DNA of 64,000 nucleotides from Alphaproteobacteria bacterium. Its GTDB lineage: Bacteria > Pseudomonadota > Alphaproteobacteria > CALKHQ01. The position numbers and the translations under genes are program-made. The DNA lies in the NCBI GenBank assembly GCA_965227515.1, contig CBDDFZ010000001.1, forward strand, positions 3,648,001 to 3,712,000, read 5' to 3'. Below the pieces are notes generated by a model that saw only the letters and a list, made by a program, of their open reading frames with translations, was not told where the DNA came from and searched no databases. Positions 27,815-37,907 of the stretch are shown in pieces (position 1 is the stretch's first letter; each line of letters begins with the position of its first letter).

Positions 27815-28814
27815 GGGGATCGATGGCGAAATAGATCAGGTCGACGATCAGGTAGATCACCAGCGACAGCACGGCGGAGGCTAGCACGAAGCCCAAGACC
27901 GGATTGAAATCGGCGTTGAGCACGCCATTGACCGCGTACTGTCCGGCGCCGCCCCAACTGAACACGATCTCCACCAGCACCGCGCCGCCGATCAGGAAGC
28001 CATAGAGCACGCTGACGATGGTGACCACCGAGGGCAGCGCGTTGCGAAACGCCTTGCGCGAGATGGTCTTGGGCGGCAGGCCGCACATCTCCGCATACTT
28101 GCTGAAGTCGGACTCCAGCATGCGCTCCATCGTCGACTGGGTCATCTTCAGGATCGGGCCGGCATTGATCAGGCCCAGGGTCACCACCGGCAGGATCAAG
28201 TGGCCGGCGGCGTTCAGGAACGCATCCCAGTTGCCGGCGATGATGCTGTCGATCAGCAGCGACCCCGTGATCACTTGCGGCGGCAGGATGGAGAAGTCGA
28301 TGCGGCCTAGTGGCGCCGGCACCGCGCCCAGGATGGTGTAGAAGACGAAGATCAGCACCATGCCCAGCCAGAAGTCCGGCAGCGCGCCGGCGAACAGGCC
28401 GTAGTAGTCGGCAATCTTGCGCAGCACACCCTTCTTGCGGCGGGCGCCGGCAACGCCGAGCGGCACGCCGATGACCAGGGCCAGCAACAGGCTGAGCGTG
28501 ATCAGCTCCAGGGTTGCCGGCAAGCGTTGCGCCAGATCCTCGGTGACCGGCAGCGTCGTCTGCCACGACGTGCCCAGGTCGCCTTGCACGACATTGCCCA
28601 GATAGATCAGGAACTGGTCGAACACGGACTCATCGAGCCCCAGTTCGGTGCGCAGGTCGGCCAGGGCGGATTCGGTGGCAAACGGCCCCAGCATCAGCAC
28701 CGCCGGGTCGCCAGGGATCAGCTTGATCAACAGGAAGCTGACCAGAAGGATGCCGACCAGTTGCGGCACCACGAAGATCATGCGCTTGCCGATATAGATG
28801 GCGAGGACGCGCAC
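27804..28814 (-). CDS. Dipeptide-type ABC permease (DppB-like)
   Basis: PGDPA, GLD, GDLGTS, LPATLEL, PDFWLG and VEIVFSW motifs; GTG start at about 28814 after GGAG. Confidence 0.9.
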   Translation of the reverse strand: MRVLAIYIGKRMIFVVPQLVGILLVSFLLIKLIPGDPAVLMLGPFATESALADLRTELGLDESVFDQFLIYLGNVVQGDLGTSWQTTLPVTEDLAQRLPATLELITLSLLLALVIGVPLGVAGARRKKGVLRKIADYYGLFAGALPDFWLGMVLIFVFYTILGAVPAPLGRIDFSILPPQVITGSLLIDSIIAGNWDAFLNAAGHLILPVVTLGLINAGPILKMTQSTMERMLESDFSKYAEMCGLPPKTISRKAFRNALPSVVTIVSVLYGFLIGGAVLVEIVFSWGGAGQYAVNGVLNADFNPVLGFVLASAVLSLVIYLIVDLIYFAIDPRTR

Positions 28815-28819
28815 GGCCG

Positions 28820-29797
28820 TCAGCTCCCCTTGGCCGGCGTATCGGCCCGCTGCTCGACCAGCTCGCCGACAATGGCGCGGCGGCGCGCCGGGTCGGCCAG
28901 CGTCTCGATGCTGGAGCCGATCAACGCGAACGCGAACACCGTGATCGCCAGCGCCAGGCCGGGGAAGATCGACGGCCACCAGTGACCGGTGACGATGTTC
29001 TGGAAGCCCATCGCGATCATGCTGCCCCATTCGGGCGTCGGCGCCTCCACCCCGGCGCCGATGAAGCTGAGCGCTGCGGTCAGCAGCACCGCCCAGCCGA
29101 TGTTGACCGAAAGCTGCGCCAACACGGGTGCGATGGCATTGGGAATGACGTGGCGGGTCATGATCGCGAAGTCGGAGGCGCCGGCGACATAGGCCGCCTC
29201 GACATAGCGCAGGCGGCGGACGGAGAGCGCCTGCGCGCGCATCAATCTAAGGTAGATGGGCGCGTTCACGAAGGCGATGGCGAGCACGAGGCTCTGCACG
29301 CTCTGCCCCATCACCGCGACCACGGCGATGGCGAACACGAACACGGGAAACGCCTGGATCACATCGGCCGCGCGCATGATGAAGCCGGAGCCGATCTTGC
29401 CCCAGCCGCGCACGGACTCGTAGTAGCCGGCAATCGCGCCCAGCGCGACGCCGACGATGGCGGAGGTCAGGGTTCCGGCGAGTGCAATCGCCAGGTCGAT
29501 GCGCGGCGCATAAAGGACGCGCGAGAAGATATCCATGCCGGTGGCATCGGTGCCCATCAGATAGGGCCAGCCCGGCGGTTGCAGATAGACCGACGGGTCG
29601 GCCTTGATCGGGTCGAAGGGTGCGACCACCGGCGCGAAGATCGCCAGCAGGATGATGATGCCGACCAGGATATAGCCCAGGGCAAATGACGGGCGGCGGC
29701 GCAGCACGGCGAGGAAGAACCTCAAACGGCCACGCCACGCGCCGCCGCGCGACGGCGATATGTGCGGGCGCACGGTGGCGCCCGCAGTCTCTGTCAT
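28820..29797 (-). CDS. Dipeptide-type ABC permease (DppC-like)
   Basis: GTD..G.DIFSR, YVEAA..AGAS, HVIPN, LSFIG.G and PEWG motifs. Confidence 0.92.
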   Translation of the reverse strand: MTETAGATVRPHISPSRGGAWRGRLRFFLAVLRRRPSFALGYILVGIIILLAIFAPVVAPFDPIKADPSVYLQPPGWPYLMGTDATGMDIFSRVLYAPRIDLAIALAGTLTSAIVGVALGAIAGYYESVRGWGKIGSGFIMRAADVIQAFPVFVFAIAVVAVMGQSVQSLVLAIAFVNAPIYLRLMRAQALSVRRLRYVEAAYVAGASDFAIMTRHVIPNAIAPVLAQLSVNIGWAVLLTAALSFIGAGVEAPTPEWGSMIAMGFQNIVTGHWWPSIFPGLALAITVFAFALIGSSIETLADPARRRAIVGELVEQRADTPAKGS

Positions 29798-29827
29798 GCT
29801 CGCCTGCTCGGTCAGGGATTACCCCGA

Positions 29828-31495
29828 TCAGCCACGCGAGAAGTCCTGGAAACGCATGTTGTTGGACGTGTAGTACGTCCACCCCATCAGGTCCGCCTTT
29901 CGCGCCATGGTGTAGTTCGGGTAGGCGATGAAGGTCCATGGCGCTTCGTCCATGATGATCTCCTGCGCCTCGCCCATCGCCTCCAGCCGCGTGTCCTCGT
30001 CGGCGGTCGATGCGGCAATCGCCAACAGCTCGTCCACCCGCTCGTTCACGTAGTTGGAATAGTTCACGAAGCTCTCGGACTGGAAGTAGAGCTGCATGGA
30101 ATAGCCGGGGTCCGGGCACCACGGGCTGTCGACGTAGAAGATCATCGGCTCGCCGCGCTGCGACACCGCATTGTAGAACGAGCCCGCCGGCACCTTCTTG
30201 AGCTGCAGCTCGATACCGATCTCGCGCAGCGACGACTGGTAGAGGATGGCGATCGGCTCCTGCACCGGATCGCCGGCGTTGTAGGACAGCGTGGTCTCGA
30301 AACCGTCGGCCATGCCGGCCGCCGCCAACAGCTCGCGCGCCTTGTCCAGGTCGTATCCGTACGGATCGAGCTCGACGTAGCCAGGATAGATGTTGGGCAT
30401 GCAGCCGTTCAGCGGCGATGCCAGCCCCTGGTAGACCGACTGCATCACCTGCTCGCGCGGGAAGGCGAAATTCATCGCCCGGCGCACATCCGCATTGTCG
30501 AACGGCGCGATCTTCGCGTTGAGCTCGATCCAGATCATGAACGAGGCCGGCACGGTTTCCACCGCGACCTCGGGCACCGACTGCAGGCTGATGATCTCCA
30601 GCGGCTGCAGGTACTGGGCGATGTCGACGGCGCCGCCCTGCAGCAACTGCACCCGCGCGGCCGACGTCGGCACCTCTCGGAAGATGACCGTGTCGATGGC
30701 GGGCTTGCCGGCCCAATAGTCCTCGCGCGCCCTGAACACGGCCTGCTGGCCGCGGGTGAGCTGCTCGATCACATAGGGGCCGAAGCCGGCGCTGTCGTTC
30801 TCGATGAACTGGGTGGCCCACGGGTCGTCGTCGGTGGCCATCTCCATGCACTTCACGGAGTCATAGATCGGGCCGCCATAGAGGTTGGGCTGGATCTTCA
30901 GCAGCAGCGGGTTCGGCTCGTCGAGATTGAACGACACCTCGTACTTGCTCTCCACGACCACGTCCTCGGGCCGGTTGAGGCCGATCACCGCGGTGTAGAA
31001 CGCGCCCAGCGCCCCCAGGCCGAACTTGCGGTCCCAGGTCCATTTGACGTCGTCCGCGGTCAACTCGTTGCCCCAGTTGCTCATCACGCCTTCGCGCAGC
31101 TTGAACCGCGCGAAACGGCCCTCGGGGTCGATCTCCCAGCTTTCGGCCAGCTTGCCGACCATCTTCACGCCGCCCGGCTGGTCCGGGTGATAGCTGATGT
31201 CCTCGCGGCTGGCCGTCGGCACGCCCTCGTCCGGGATGATCTCGAAGCCCAGCAAGTGGTCGTACATCGCCGCAATCGCCTCGAACGTGCCCAGCGACAC
31301 GTCGAACTCGCAGTCCAGGCTTTGCGGGGTGGCGGGGGCCGCGATCACCATCGTCGTGCCGTCCTGGGCGGCGGCCGGCGAGATGCCGATGATCTTCGGC
31401 ATGACGGCAATGGACGCCAGCGCCGACGTGGTTTGCATGAACTTCCGGCGATCGACTGCCAGCTTCGGATTCCAACCAACCTTCATTGCCTGCAC
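29828..31495 (-). CDS. ABC substrate-binding protein, family 5 (peptide/opine/nickel), Tat signal
   Basis: DRRKF leader; LAESWE..F.LREGV..GNELTADDV.W, GPY, VRRAM and YDLDKARELL motifs. Confidence 0.92.
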   Translation of the reverse strand: MQAMKVGWNPKLAVDRRKFMQTTSALASIAVMPKIIGISPAAAQDGTTMVIAAPATPQSLDCEFDVSLGTFEAIAAMYDHLLGFEIIPDEGVPTASREDISYHPDQPGGVKMVGKLAESWEIDPEGRFARFKLREGVMSNWGNELTADDVKWTWDRKFGLGALGAFYTAVIGLNRPEDVVVESKYEVSFNLDEPNPLLLKIQPNLYGGPIYDSVKCMEMATDDDPWATQFIENDSAGFGPYVIEQLTRGQQAVFRAREDYWAGKPAIDTVIFREVPTSAARVQLLQGGAVDIAQYLQPLEIISLQSVPEVAVETVPASFMIWIELNAKIAPFDNADVRRAMNFAFPREQVMQSVYQGLASPLNGCMPNIYPGYVELDPYGYDLDKARELLAAAGMADGFETTLSYNAGDPVQEPIAILYQSSLREIGIELQLKKVPAGSFYNAVSQRGEPMIFYVDSPWCPDPGYSMQLYFQSESFVNYSNYVNERVDELLAIAASTADEDTRLEAMGEAQEIIMDEAPWTFIAYPNYTMARKADLMGWTYYTSNNMRFQDFSRG

Positions 31496-31954
31496 CCTCC
31501 GATGTTTTACGGCCGATAAGTCACTGCCGTCGCGGACAAGGTCCGACGAGAGCCATCACGGTTTCCCATCGCGGATGATGGAACACCTGAAACCGAAAGA
31601 CAATGGCCAATATTCCCAACAATAAATGCCAACGGCAGCGAAAAGAATACTGATGTTATCACGCCGCCAACACACAATATCTTTGCTGCGGTGCACAATA
31701 TCAGTTTTTCACTATGGAAGTAACCATTATGACAAGCAGGTTTGTTACATGCCCAGAGCGAAATCCATCGGCTCGGCGGTCGTGTACAAAGCCTGACTTG
31801 GCATCAAGGAAGCCTGGATTCGATAGACAACGGCGCCGCAGCAACTTGACTGTGAATAAAAATTGTTGCCGGACAATCGGGGCGAGGCCCCAACTTGCAC
31901 GAGCACCCGCCGGCACGGGGCGACCCTTGGGCCCCGCCCGGCGTCAGCGCGACG

Positions 31955-32803
31955 CTACTTTACGGCACCCAAGGTGAGGCCGGCGATGAAGTGCTTCTGC
32001 ATAAGAAAGAACATCGCGACCGGAGGCAGCGCGGCCACAATGGAGCCCGCACTCATCAAGTGGTAGGCGGCCCGAAACTGTGCGTTGAACGAGGTGATGC
32101 CGGCCGTGACGGGCTGGGCGTCCGGCCCCTGGGTCAGCACGACGGCCCAGAAGAAATCGTTCCAGATGAACGTAAAGATCAGAACGCTGAGCGCAGCGAT
32201 CGCCGGCTTCATCAGTGGCAGCACGACGTACCAGAAGATACGCCACTCCGCGACGCCTTCGACACGCGCCGCTTCGATCAGCGGGTAAGGTAGAGCGCGG
32301 ATGAAATTGCGCATGAACAGCGTGCAGAAGCCCGATTGAAAGGCGACGTGAAACAAGATCAGGCCAAGTTTGGTGTCATATAGCCCGAGATCGAGGGTGA
32401 AGTCGCGTACAGGCACCATCAGGATCTGGAACGGCACGAAATTGCCAGCTACGAACATGAAGAAGATCAGCAAGTTGGATCGAAACTTGTAGATACCAAG
32501 GGCGAAACCGGCCATGCACGACAGCGCAACGGCACCTATTACCGTTGGCACTGTGATGATGACCGAATTCAAGAGGTATTTGGGCATGTCGGAGTTGAAA
32601 AATACTTGCCCGTAATTGTGACCGCCTTCGAACGAACTCGGCAAGCCCCAATAATTGCCCTCCGTGAAGTCGATGTCCGGCTTTATGGAGAAAATCGCGA
32701 CAGCGATCAGCGGCGCCAGCCACAGGATCAGGGCCAATGGCAACAGGGATTGATAGCTGACCTGCCAGCCCCGAGAGGCCTGCTGAATGGGGCGTGGAAA
32801 CAT
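31955..32803 (-). CDS. Carbohydrate (CUT1) ABC permease
   Basis: EAARVEG, WNDFFW and QKHFIAGLT.G motifs; start MFPRP at 32803. Confidence 0.92.
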   Translation of the reverse strand: MFPRPIQQASRGWQVSYQSLLPLALILWLAPLIAVAIFSIKPDIDFTEGNYWGLPSSFEGGHNYGQVFFNSDMPKYLLNSVIITVPTVIGAVALSCMAGFALGIYKFRSNLLIFFMFVAGNFVPFQILMVPVRDFTLDLGLYDTKLGLILFHVAFQSGFCTLFMRNFIRALPYPLIEAARVEGVAEWRIFWYVVLPLMKPAIAALSVLIFTFIWNDFFWAVVLTQGPDAQPVTAGITSFNAQFRAAYHLMSAGSIVAALPPVAMFFLMQKHFIAGLTLGAVK

Positions 32804-32804
32804 C

Positions 32805-33752
32805 TCAGCGGACCTTCTCTTCTTTCCACATGGAGTAGAGGAAATAGGCGATGAAGAACAACATGATGACGAACAACACCACCGCGATGGCCGCGCCATA
32901 TCCCATACGGAACCCGTATTCCGACAGCGCTTTTTCGAACATGTAGAACGACAGTACGCGGGTCTGACCGAACGGCCCGCCATTCGTCATAATGGCGATA
33001 AGGTCGAAGGACCTCAGCGCGCCAATGATCGTGACCACAAAGGCGATGAAGGTCGCGGGCTTCAGTTGGGGCACGATGATGTACCACAGCATGCGCCATC
33101 CCTTGGCCCCGTCCAGTCGCCCGGCTTCAATCTGCTCCGGGTCAACGGCGTTCAGGCCGGTCAGGTACAGAATCATGCAGTAGGCGGTCTGTGGCCACAG
33201 GCCAGCGGCAATGATGCCATAGGTGGCGAGTTCAGGGTCGCCAAGCACATTCAGCGTGCCCAGCCCCAGGCCTTCCAGAATGCTGTTCAGTAAGCCAAAC
33301 GTCGGATCATAAAACCAAGTGAACACCAGGCCGACCACAACTTGGCTGATCACAAATGGGAAGAAAAAGAGCGACTTGTATAGGCGAATCCCGACGACGG
33401 TTTGATTAAGGAACAAAGCAATGAACAGGCCGGCCGGGATGGCCAGCAAATACAGGATCAGCCACTTGAAGTTATTCCACAGTGAGACCTCGAAGGCCCC
33501 GTCTTCCATCAACTCGCTGTAGTTATCGAGGCCGACATACTCCGCCTCGCCCAGACCATCCCAATCGTATAGCGAGATCGAGAAGCTGTCGTAGATCGGA
33601 ATGATGACATAGAAGGCAAAAAACAGGATTGCCGGCGCCAGGAACAACCAAGGCGTGATCGCGATTTCGTTGCGTTTGTACCACCCGCGCTGCTGCGGGC
33701 CTGGCGCCCCGCCAGCGTCGGCTTGCGTATCGGGCATTGTTGCAACAGACAT
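32805..33752 (-). CDS. Carbohydrate (CUT1) ABC permease
   Basis: YVGLDNY, EAGRLDGA, SFD..MTNGGP and GYGAA motifs. Confidence 0.92.
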   Translation of the reverse strand: MSVATMPDTQADAGGAPGPQQRGWYKRNEIAITPWLFLAPAILFFAFYVIIPIYDSFSISLYDWDGLGEAEYVGLDNYSELMEDGAFEVSLWNNFKWLILYLLAIPAGLFIALFLNQTVVGIRLYKSLFFFPFVISQVVVGLVFTWFYDPTFGLLNSILEGLGLGTLNVLGDPELATYGIIAAGLWPQTAYCMILYLTGLNAVDPEQIEAGRLDGAKGWRMLWYIIVPQLKPATFIAFVVTIIGALRSFDLIAIMTNGGPFGQTRVLSFYMFEKALSEYGFRMGYGAAIAVVLFVIMLFFIAYFLYSMWKEEKVR

Positions 33753-33840
33753 CAGCGTGCTCCCGGATTATTCGGCGCAAGCGCAGGGCTTGGTGGGCGG
33801 CAACGGCTACAGAGTGGTTTGGACGGCGGTTCCCTCGTCC

Positions 33841-33879
33841 AAAAAGGGGGGATCGGGCCTCAGGACGACGCCCGATCCC
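33841..33879 (-). terminator. Hairpin with U-tract after the SBP gene (attenuator or mRNA stabiliser)
   Basis: GGGATCGGGC-11 nt-GCCCGATCCC followed by CCCTTTTT on the minus strand. Confidence 0.7.
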
Positions 33880-33891
33880 AGGTCGAGAGGT

Positions 33892-35151
33892 TTACTCGTA
33901 AACGCGCTCGGCAACGCTCTCCAGGCGGTTCAGGATGTCATCCAGATTGTCCGGAAACACCATGAACTCCTGCAGGCCCTGCATGGCCTCGGCCGCCATC
34001 TCCGCTGGGAAGTCGCGGTCGAAGAACTGCGCAACACCGCCCGGGCTATTGGATGACAACATCTCGAATCCTTCGTTCAAGAACTTGTCGTCGTCCACGG
34101 AAGACAGCGCGTTGACCGGCAGCTGGCCAAGGTTCTCGCCATTGTTGATCATGGTCTGCACGTCGGCCGATACCACGAATCGCAGAAACTCGCGCGCAGC
34201 TTCCTTGTTGGAAGCGTTGGAGGGGATGTGGAAAGTATCAGTCGGCGCGTCTTCCGCCATTTCGACGTCCGGATTGATCGCCGGGAACTGGAAGAAGTCC
34301 AGCTTGCTGTCGTCCAGACCGGCTTCGCGCAGCGGCGCTACAGCAAAGTTTCCGATCAGGATGCCAGCCGAGTCACCGGAAACGATGAAGGGCAGCGACT
34401 CCTGCCAGCTGTAGGTCTGGTGGTTCTCGACATAGGCACCCATGTCGATGAGCTGGCGCCAATTCGCGAACGTCTCGCGGACCCGGTCGTCGGTCCAGCT
34501 CACCTCGCCGGCGGCGAGCTGCATGTGGAAGTCGAACCCGTGGGTGCGCAAATTGATGTAGTCGAACCAACCGCCTGCGGTCCAAAGGAACTTGGTGCCG
34601 ATGGTAAAGCAGCTACGGCCGGAATCGATGATCGCCTGGCAATTGGCAATGAACTCATCCCACGTCGCCGGCTCGGTCAGGCCCAGTTCCTCGTATATGT
34701 CCTTCCGGTAGTACACGCCCCACTGATAGTAGGTGTAGGGCACGCCCCACTGGCTGCCGTCGATGGTCAGGGCGCCCTTGGTCGAGGCCAGATTCTCGGC
34801 GATCTCCGGCTCCTGCCACAGGTCTGACACATCCTCAAACAGGCCGGCGTTCACATATGGCGCCATGCGATTGGCTGCGTACCAGGTCGCCACATCCGGC
34901 GCATCGGCCGTCAAGAAGTTGCGAATCTGGGTCTTATACGCCTCGCGATCGATCACCGTCGTCTCGATGTTCAGATCGGGATGCATTTCCTGGAACTGAG
35001 CGATAACAGCTTCCATCGTCGCCCGTGGTGCCGGGTTGGACGTGTCCAGGAAGATATTAAGATCGCCGGACAGAGACTGCGCATAGGCGCCACCTGTCAG
35101 AAGCGTTGACGCCGCAAGTGCCGCGGCTGACCATTTAGTTCTATTTAGCAA
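33892..35151 (-). CDS. Carbohydrate ABC substrate-binding protein (alpha-galactoside candidate)
   Basis: Signal peptide ending AYA-Q; GVPY.YYQWG.YYRKD..P.TWDE (SBP family 1); TTG start after GAGGAAG. Confidence 0.88.
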   Translation of the reverse strand: MLNRTKWSAAALAASTLLTGGAYAQSLSGDLNIFLDTSNPAPRATMEAVIAQFQEMHPDLNIETTVIDREAYKTQIRNFLTADAPDVATWYAANRMAPYVNAGLFEDVSDLWQEPEIAENLASTKGALTIDGSQWGVPYTYYQWGVYYRKDIYEELGLTEPATWDEFIANCQAIIDSGRSCFTIGTKFLWTAGGWFDYINLRTHGFDFHMQLAAGEVSWTDDRVRETFANWRQLIDMGAYVENHQTYSWQESLPFIVSGDSAGILIGNFAVAPLREAGLDDSKLDFFQFPAINPDVEMAEDAPTDTFHIPSNASNKEAAREFLRFVVSADVQTMINNGENLGQLPVNALSSVDDDKFLNEGFEMLSSNSPGGVAQFFDRDFPAEMAAEAMQGLQEFMVFPDNLDDILNRLESVAERVYE

Positions 35152-35346
35152 GACTTCCTCCTCGTCGTTCCGCCGAAAATTGTCCGGCAGTTTGATTGCA
35201 GAAAACCTGGACAGCCTTCGCACTGAACGTTCCTCCCGGTCCAGCTGCACTCAAATCAATCCAACACGGATTTTTACTGAAGGCCGAGGTATTACAATAC
35301 CCCAATCTACATTGTCCGCTTGAGTTCTTTTGTTCCCCGCCTTGTA

Positions 35347-36401
<1,055 letters not shown>

Positions 36402-36405
<4 letters not shown>

Positions 36406-36584
36406 CGTCGGTTCGTCCCGGGGCGTTGCATTGTTTGCTTGGGTGTCGGCGTGGAATGTCGTCGTGCCGCAACGGCGCGGCCGACAAGCGACAGGCAGTC
36501 GGGAGCCACACTCCCCTGCGGCGCCTGGGCGGCGTCGACCAATCTGGCGCAATCGTCCAATCTAAGGTTGACCGGTACGGCCAA
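36402..36584 (-). pseudogene. 60-codon ORF, possible gene remnant or leader ORF
   Basis: GGGAGG Shine-Dalgarno just before the TTG; stop overlaps the ATPase start (ATGA); no recognisable domain. Confidence 0.3.
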
Positions 36585-36746
36585 GATGTCCTCCCACGAC
36601 CGCGATTTCTATTGACGCCGTTCTTGTGGCGAACGGTCTTTTGATCGTCGGTCTTCGTTTATTGCAGGACCACTTATATCGCAGGCCCTTTAGCCGCACC
36701 AGAACCGGCGGCGACATGCTGTCACAGTCGGGGTTGTCGGCGCGCC

Positions 36747-36787
36747 GGTCTTCTCATCGGCTGTAATTTGATTCCTGAATTGTAAGA
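36747..36787. promoter_or_regulatory. Candidate MelR binding site upstream of the sugar ABC operon
   Basis: GGTCTT-N19-TTCCTGAATTGTAAG, repeated with identical spacing upstream of melA. Confidence 0.55.
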
Positions 36788-36858
36788 TGTCGGCGCATCG
36801 CCGCTTGCACGCACGTCATTTGGGCGTTTACCGTCTAGGCACATAGGGTGCGGTTGAA

Positions 36859-37779
36859 GTGTCCCAACCGCCAGTCGATCTCAGGGAAGGGGACATGCTC
36901 TACGACGGCATTGGCATTGGCCGGGACGGCGAGCCGCCGTTGGTCATCGAGCGGCACCGGGCAGCACCGATGCCGGAGACCCATTGGCACAGCCATGTCG
37001 AGGTCAACTACCTGGCCGCGGCCGCCATGACCTATGCCATCGGCGGGCGCGAGGTTGAGGTGCCGTCGCGCCGCATCGCCCTGTTCTGGGCCGCGGTCCC
37101 GCACCAGGTCGTGGCGGTCGGCGACGATAGCGAGATCGCCATCGCCTACCTGCCCCTGCAGGAATTCATGCGCTGGCCGCTGCCGCTGGGCTTTCGCCAT
37201 GCCGTGCTGCACGGCGACTTCGTCGTCGCCGACAGGGGTGAGGCCGCGGATGCCGCTGACTTCGCGCGCTGGCAGCGCGACTGCCAGTCCGGCGACGGCC
37301 GCATGGTGCAGCAGGCGCTGGCAGAGATACACTTGCGCCTGAAACGGATGGCCCTGTCGGGCTGGGGTGTCGCCGGCGCGGCCGATGTCGCCTGGCAAGC
37401 CCCTGACGGACCGTCGTCGCGCGGGCTGACCCATGTAGAGGCGATGGCGACATTCATCGCCGCCAACTACGAGGATCCGATCCGCATCGAGGATATCGCC
37501 AACCATGTCGGCCTGCACCCGAACTATGCAATGAACCTGTTCAAGCGCCTGGTCGGCATGCCGGTGTCGCATTATCTCACCCGGCACCGGCTGAGCCACG
37601 CCCAGGCATTGCTGGCCGACACTGACCGCAAAATCCTGGACGTGGCGATGGAGTGCGGCTTCGGCTCGCTCAGCCGGTTCTACGAGGCCTTTCGCTGCCG
37701 CTTCGGCGTGACCCCGAAGCAATACCGCAGCGCGTGGCGGCGCTCCGACCGGGAGCCCGGCTACGCGGGCTCGCAATGA
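36859..37779 (+). CDS. melR: AraC-family regulator, MelR-like
   Basis: M...HWHSHVEVN, LFWAAVPHQ, VGLHPNYAMNLF and GFGSLSRFY motifs as in MelR; adjacent to melA. Confidence 0.8.
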   Translation: MSQPPVDLREGDMLYDGIGIGRDGEPPLVIERHRAAPMPETHWHSHVEVNYLAAAAMTYAIGGREVEVPSRRIALFWAAVPHQVVAVGDDSEIAIAYLPLQEFMRWPLPLGFRHAVLHGDFVVADRGEAADAADFARWQRDCQSGDGRMVQQALAEIHLRLKRMALSGWGVAGAADVAWQAPDGPSSRGLTHVEAMATFIAANYEDPIRIEDIANHVGLHPNYAMNLFKRLVGMPVSHYLTRHRLSHAQALLADTDRKILDVAMECGFGSLSRFYEAFRCRFGVTPKQYRSAWRRSDREPGYAGSQ

Positions 37780-37814
37780 CGCGCTAGATCGGGATCAGCT
37801 TACGCTGAATCTGC

Positions 37815-37885
37815 CCAGCCCTCACCCCCACCCGGCCACCCACGAATGTATCCTGTCTGGGTGGCCGGGTGGGGGTGAGGGCTGG
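37815..37885. repeat. Perfect 28-bp inverted repeat between convergent melR and melA
   Basis: CCAGCCCTCACCCCCACCCGGCCACCCA, a 15-nt loop, then the exact reverse complement. Confidence 0.9.
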
Positions 37886-37907
37886 TACCGACTGAAATGA
37901 TCATGCG

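Noticed and set aside
31500-31950. Small ORFs or an att site in the AT-rich spacer
   Set aside because: No motifs and no tRNA or flanking direct repeat. It contains only a short CACAATATC duplication and is best read as the promoter region of the Dpp-like operon.
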